From NCBI GenBank assembly GCA_951406725.2, contig OX597824.1:47368001-47432000 (forward strand): DNA of 64,000 nt, read 5' to 3'. The stretch is from Octopus vulgaris. Its lineage: Eukaryota. Below are positions 60,633 to 64,000 of the stretch, piece after piece (within the stretch, counting starts at the first letter, position 1; every line of letters begins with the position of its first letter). The notes beneath the pieces are model-generated. The model saw only the letters and a program-made list of their open reading frames with translations, was not told where the DNA came from and made no database searches. The translations under genes were made by a program, and so were the position numbers.

Positions 60633-62203
60633 AGAATGAATGGGATAAAGAGAGTCTGCCAAATGTCGACCCAATAGAGGGACCAGCTATCCGAGTTGAC
60701 AGTTCCAATTGGAAGCATGAAGACAGGGAAAGCCCCAGGCCCATCAGGAATTACTGCTGAGATGCTCAAAATATGACCTTGCTCTAATTGCTGAGTCACT
60801 ATCAGAACTCGAGGAGAAGTTTCAGCAAGGATTAGAATCGAAGGGCCTTAGAGTCTATCTAGCTAAAACCAAAGTCCTAATAAGTAGGAAGGTAGACAAA
60901 TCTCAAACGCCTTCAGGTAGATGGCCCTGCTCGATCTGTAGAAAAGGCGTAGGTAGGAACTCTATAAGATGCACCAAGTGTAAGCTATGGACACATAAGA
61001 GGTGCAGCAATGTCAAAGGAAGGCTAAATAGGAATATAGTTTTTGTATGTGGCAGATGCTCTGGTGCAATAAACACTGAAAATGCGCAGAGACCATCTTC
61101 CGCCATATTCCAGAGAGAAAAACTTGAAATAGTTGATAGTTTCCTTTACCTAGGTAACCAAGTCAGTAGCGGGGGTGGGTGTGCCGAAAGTGTAACTGCT
61201 AGAGTAAGAATAGCCTGGGCGAAGTTCAGAGAGCTCTTACCTCTGCTGGTGACAAAAGGCCTCTCGCTCAGAGTAAAAGGCAGACTGTATGACGCATGTG
61301 TGCGAACAGCCATGCTACATGGCAGTGAAACATGGGCCGTGACTGCTGAGGACATGCGTAAGCTCGCAAGAAATGAAGCCAGTATGCTCCATTGGATGTG
61401 TAATGTCAGTGTTCATACCTGACAGCGTGTAAGTGCCTTGAGAGAAAAGTTGGACCTAAGAAGCATCAGATGTAGTGTGCAAGAGAGGCGTCTACACTGG
61501 TATGGACACGTAGTAAGAATGGATGAAGATAGTTGTGTGAAAAAGTGCCACACCCTAGCGGTTGAGGGAACCTGTGGAAGAGATAGACCCAGGAAAATCT
61601 GGGACGAGGTGGTGAAGAATGACCTTCGCTCTTTAGGTCTCACCGAGGAAATGACCAGAGACCGAGACCTTTGGAAGTATGCTGTGCGCGAGAAGACCCG
61701 GCAGGACAAGTGAGGCCATAACCAATGGACCCTACCTGGGACGTAGTCAGTCCACCTGTGCATACCTTCCTTCTTGGGACACATAACTCTACTTGTGAAG
61801 ACCTGTTGAGGCAAGTGAAAATCAAAAATCAAAAATCAAAGTATCAAATCAAAATCGATGAACATCAATGGAATTTGTAGTTTTGTGGTGGCACATAAGA
61901 AAACCATCCGAACGTGGCCGTAGCCAGTACCGCATCGACTGGCCTCCGTGCTGGTGGCACGTAATAAACACCATCCGATCGTGGCCATTCGCAAGCCTCG
62001 TCTGGCACCTGTGTCGGTGGCACATAAAAAGCACCCACTACATTCACGGAGTGGTTGGCGTTAGGAAGGGCATCCAGCTGTAGAAACACTGCCAGATCTG
62101 ACTCGCCTGGTGCAGCCTTCGGGCTTCCCAGACCCCAGTTGAACCGTCCAACCCATGCTAGCATGGAAAGCGGATGTTAAACGATGATGATGATGATGAT
62201 GAT
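60633..62203 (+). mobile_element. RTE LINE, internally deleted, with 3' UTR and (GAT)n tail
   Basis: ENEWDKESLPNVDP, GKAPGPSGITAEMLK jumping to DLALIAES, then HGSETWAVT, RRLHWYGHVVRM and the tail at 62183-62203. Confidence 0.88.
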
Positions 62204-62209
62204 GAATCT

Positions 62210-63416
62210 TCATTCATTCTGCCACATACAAAAACTATCTTCCCAGTTAGCCTTCCTTTGATATTACTGCACCTCTTATGTGTCCATAGCTTACACTGGA
62301 TACATCTTATAGAGTTTCTACCTACGCCTCTATTACAGATCGAGCAGGGCCATCTACCTGAAGGGATTTATGGATTGCCTGCCTTCCTACTTATTAGGAC
62401 TTAGGTTTTAGCTAGGTTGACTCTAAGGCCCTTTGATTCTAATCCTTGTTTCCACACCTGAAACTTCTCCTCAAGTTCTGATAGTGACTCAACAATTAGA
62501 GCAAGGTCATCAGCATAGAGGAGCTCCCAGGGGCATCCTGTCTTGAATTCCTCTGTTATTGCCTGGAGAACTATGATAAATAGGAGGGGGCTAAGGACTG
62601 AACCTTGGTGGACCCCAACCTCCACCCAGAATTCTTCAGTGTACTCGTTGCCAACCCTCACCTTACTGACAGCGTCCCTGTACATGGCTTGCACAGCTCT
62701 CATTAACCATTCATCTATCCCTAGTTTCCTCATTGACCACCAGATAAGGGATCAGGTGACCCTGTCAAAGGCTTTCTCCATGTCAACGAAAGCCAGATAC
62801 AGAGGTTTATCTTTGGCTAGGTATTTCTCCTGCAGCTGTCTTACCAGAAATATAGCATCAGTGGTGCTTTTCCCTGGCACGAAACCAAACTGCATCTCAT
62901 CTAAACTGACTCTCTCCCTAATTAGTTGGGCTATGACCCTCTCCATGACCTTCATTACCTGATCGAACAGCTTGATACCTCTGTAATTACTTGTATCTAG
63001 GGCGTCACCTTTACCTTTGTAGCAGTTGACTATAGTGCTGCTACACCAATCATTGGGTATGACTCCTTCGTGTGTCACCTGGTTAACTATACGGGTGACT
63101 AGGCTATAGCCGACACTGCCAAATATTTTGAGCATCTCTGCAGTAATTCTAGATGGGCCAGGGTCTTTCCCTGTCTTCATACTCTTAGTTGCTTTAGCTA
63201 CCAAGGTACTGTCAACTCGGATAGCTGGTCCCTCTGTTGGGTCGACATTCGGCAGACTCTCTTTATCCCATTCATTCTCTTTGTTGAGCAACCTTTCATA
63301 GTGGCATCTCCAAACCTCTCTCTTTGCATCCTCATTTAGCACAACTGAACCATCATTCATGCAAACACATTTCTCTCCTACAACATCACAATTCTCTCTC
63401 ACACACTGTCTTGCAA
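62210..63416 (-). mobile_element. RTE LINE RT fragment
   Basis: ORFs 62752-63402 and 62401-62733: NYRGIKL, QFGFVPGKSTTDAIF, FVDMEKAFDRV, GVHQGSVLSPLLF and LLYADD. Confidence 0.92.
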
Positions 63417-64000
63417 CAAGAAGATATTAAATATTAGTAGCACTAATGTGCAACTAAAAAGAGTAGGCCTACTGAAATAACTTGAACCCTGTACCATTCA
63501 CTTGCTAAGCAATTGCATTATTGATTACACTACGGAATGCGTTCCATTTTGTTTTCCCTAATTAGTTATTATAAACGTGAGAACTTAATTTGAGGAAACT
63601 GACTGACAAAGCAGATGGTAATTTGGTTACCTGACATGCAAAGAGTCATAGTTTAAGTCCTATTAGTAGAGTCTGTTACTTCTTTCTGCCTCATATCATA
63701 GCTGTTAATGTCTAATATCATTTACATTAAGATCTTAGCAGTTAATTCCTGACATAGACTGAGTTTATTCTACATTATATGATTTTGTGAGCAATATCAT
63801 CAGTAGTCTACTACTCCTGTTAAGGCTACCCATGGCAACAAGGTCAAAGAAAAAACCCAGACTGTGCATGACCAACACCCTTCAAGACCCAACAGTGGAG
63901 CAGGTAGATTAGACAACAACAATGGCTGATCTAATTAATATTAACTGGTAGAAGAGGGTAATGCCAGATGGACTGGTTAAAAAGGTATCAAATCAAAACC

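Noticed and set aside
63420-64000. Possible penultimate MTIF2 exon (minus-strand CAG|GTAA near 63630)
   Set aside because: No IF2-like VAGC..G motif is recognisable and stop codons lie just upstream; the exon is probably beyond the window.

Overview
AT-rich, intron-containing animal DNA, dense in microsatellites and transposons. The repeat landscape resembles an octopus or other coleoid cephalopod genome (inference from repeat families, not proven). Three host genes are visible: the last two coding exons of GCHFR (+), a complete 9-exon L2HGDH (+, 455 aa) and the terminal exon of mitochondrial IF2 (MTIF2, -). The long GCHFR intron holds an RTE LINE split by a Ty3/Gypsy LTR element whose reverse transcriptase is deleted in frame, plus a Chapaev3-like DNA transposon. 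Between L2HGDH and MTIF2 lies an apparently intact two-ORF CR1-clade LINE. Its ORF1 carries a polyQ tract, and its AUG-less ORF2 sits in the -1 frame behind a G_GGA_AAC slippery heptamer and a perfect 15-bp hairpin, which is the most striking signal in the window. Also present are HERO-like, Dong/R4-like, Penelope and mariner relics, several MITEs, tRNA-derived SINEs, a U6 pseudogene, palindromes with hammerhead-ribozyme-like cores and a ~1.4 kb inverted duplication upstream of L2HGDH. All coordinates and counts were read by eye, and family names come from motif recognition rather than database searches.
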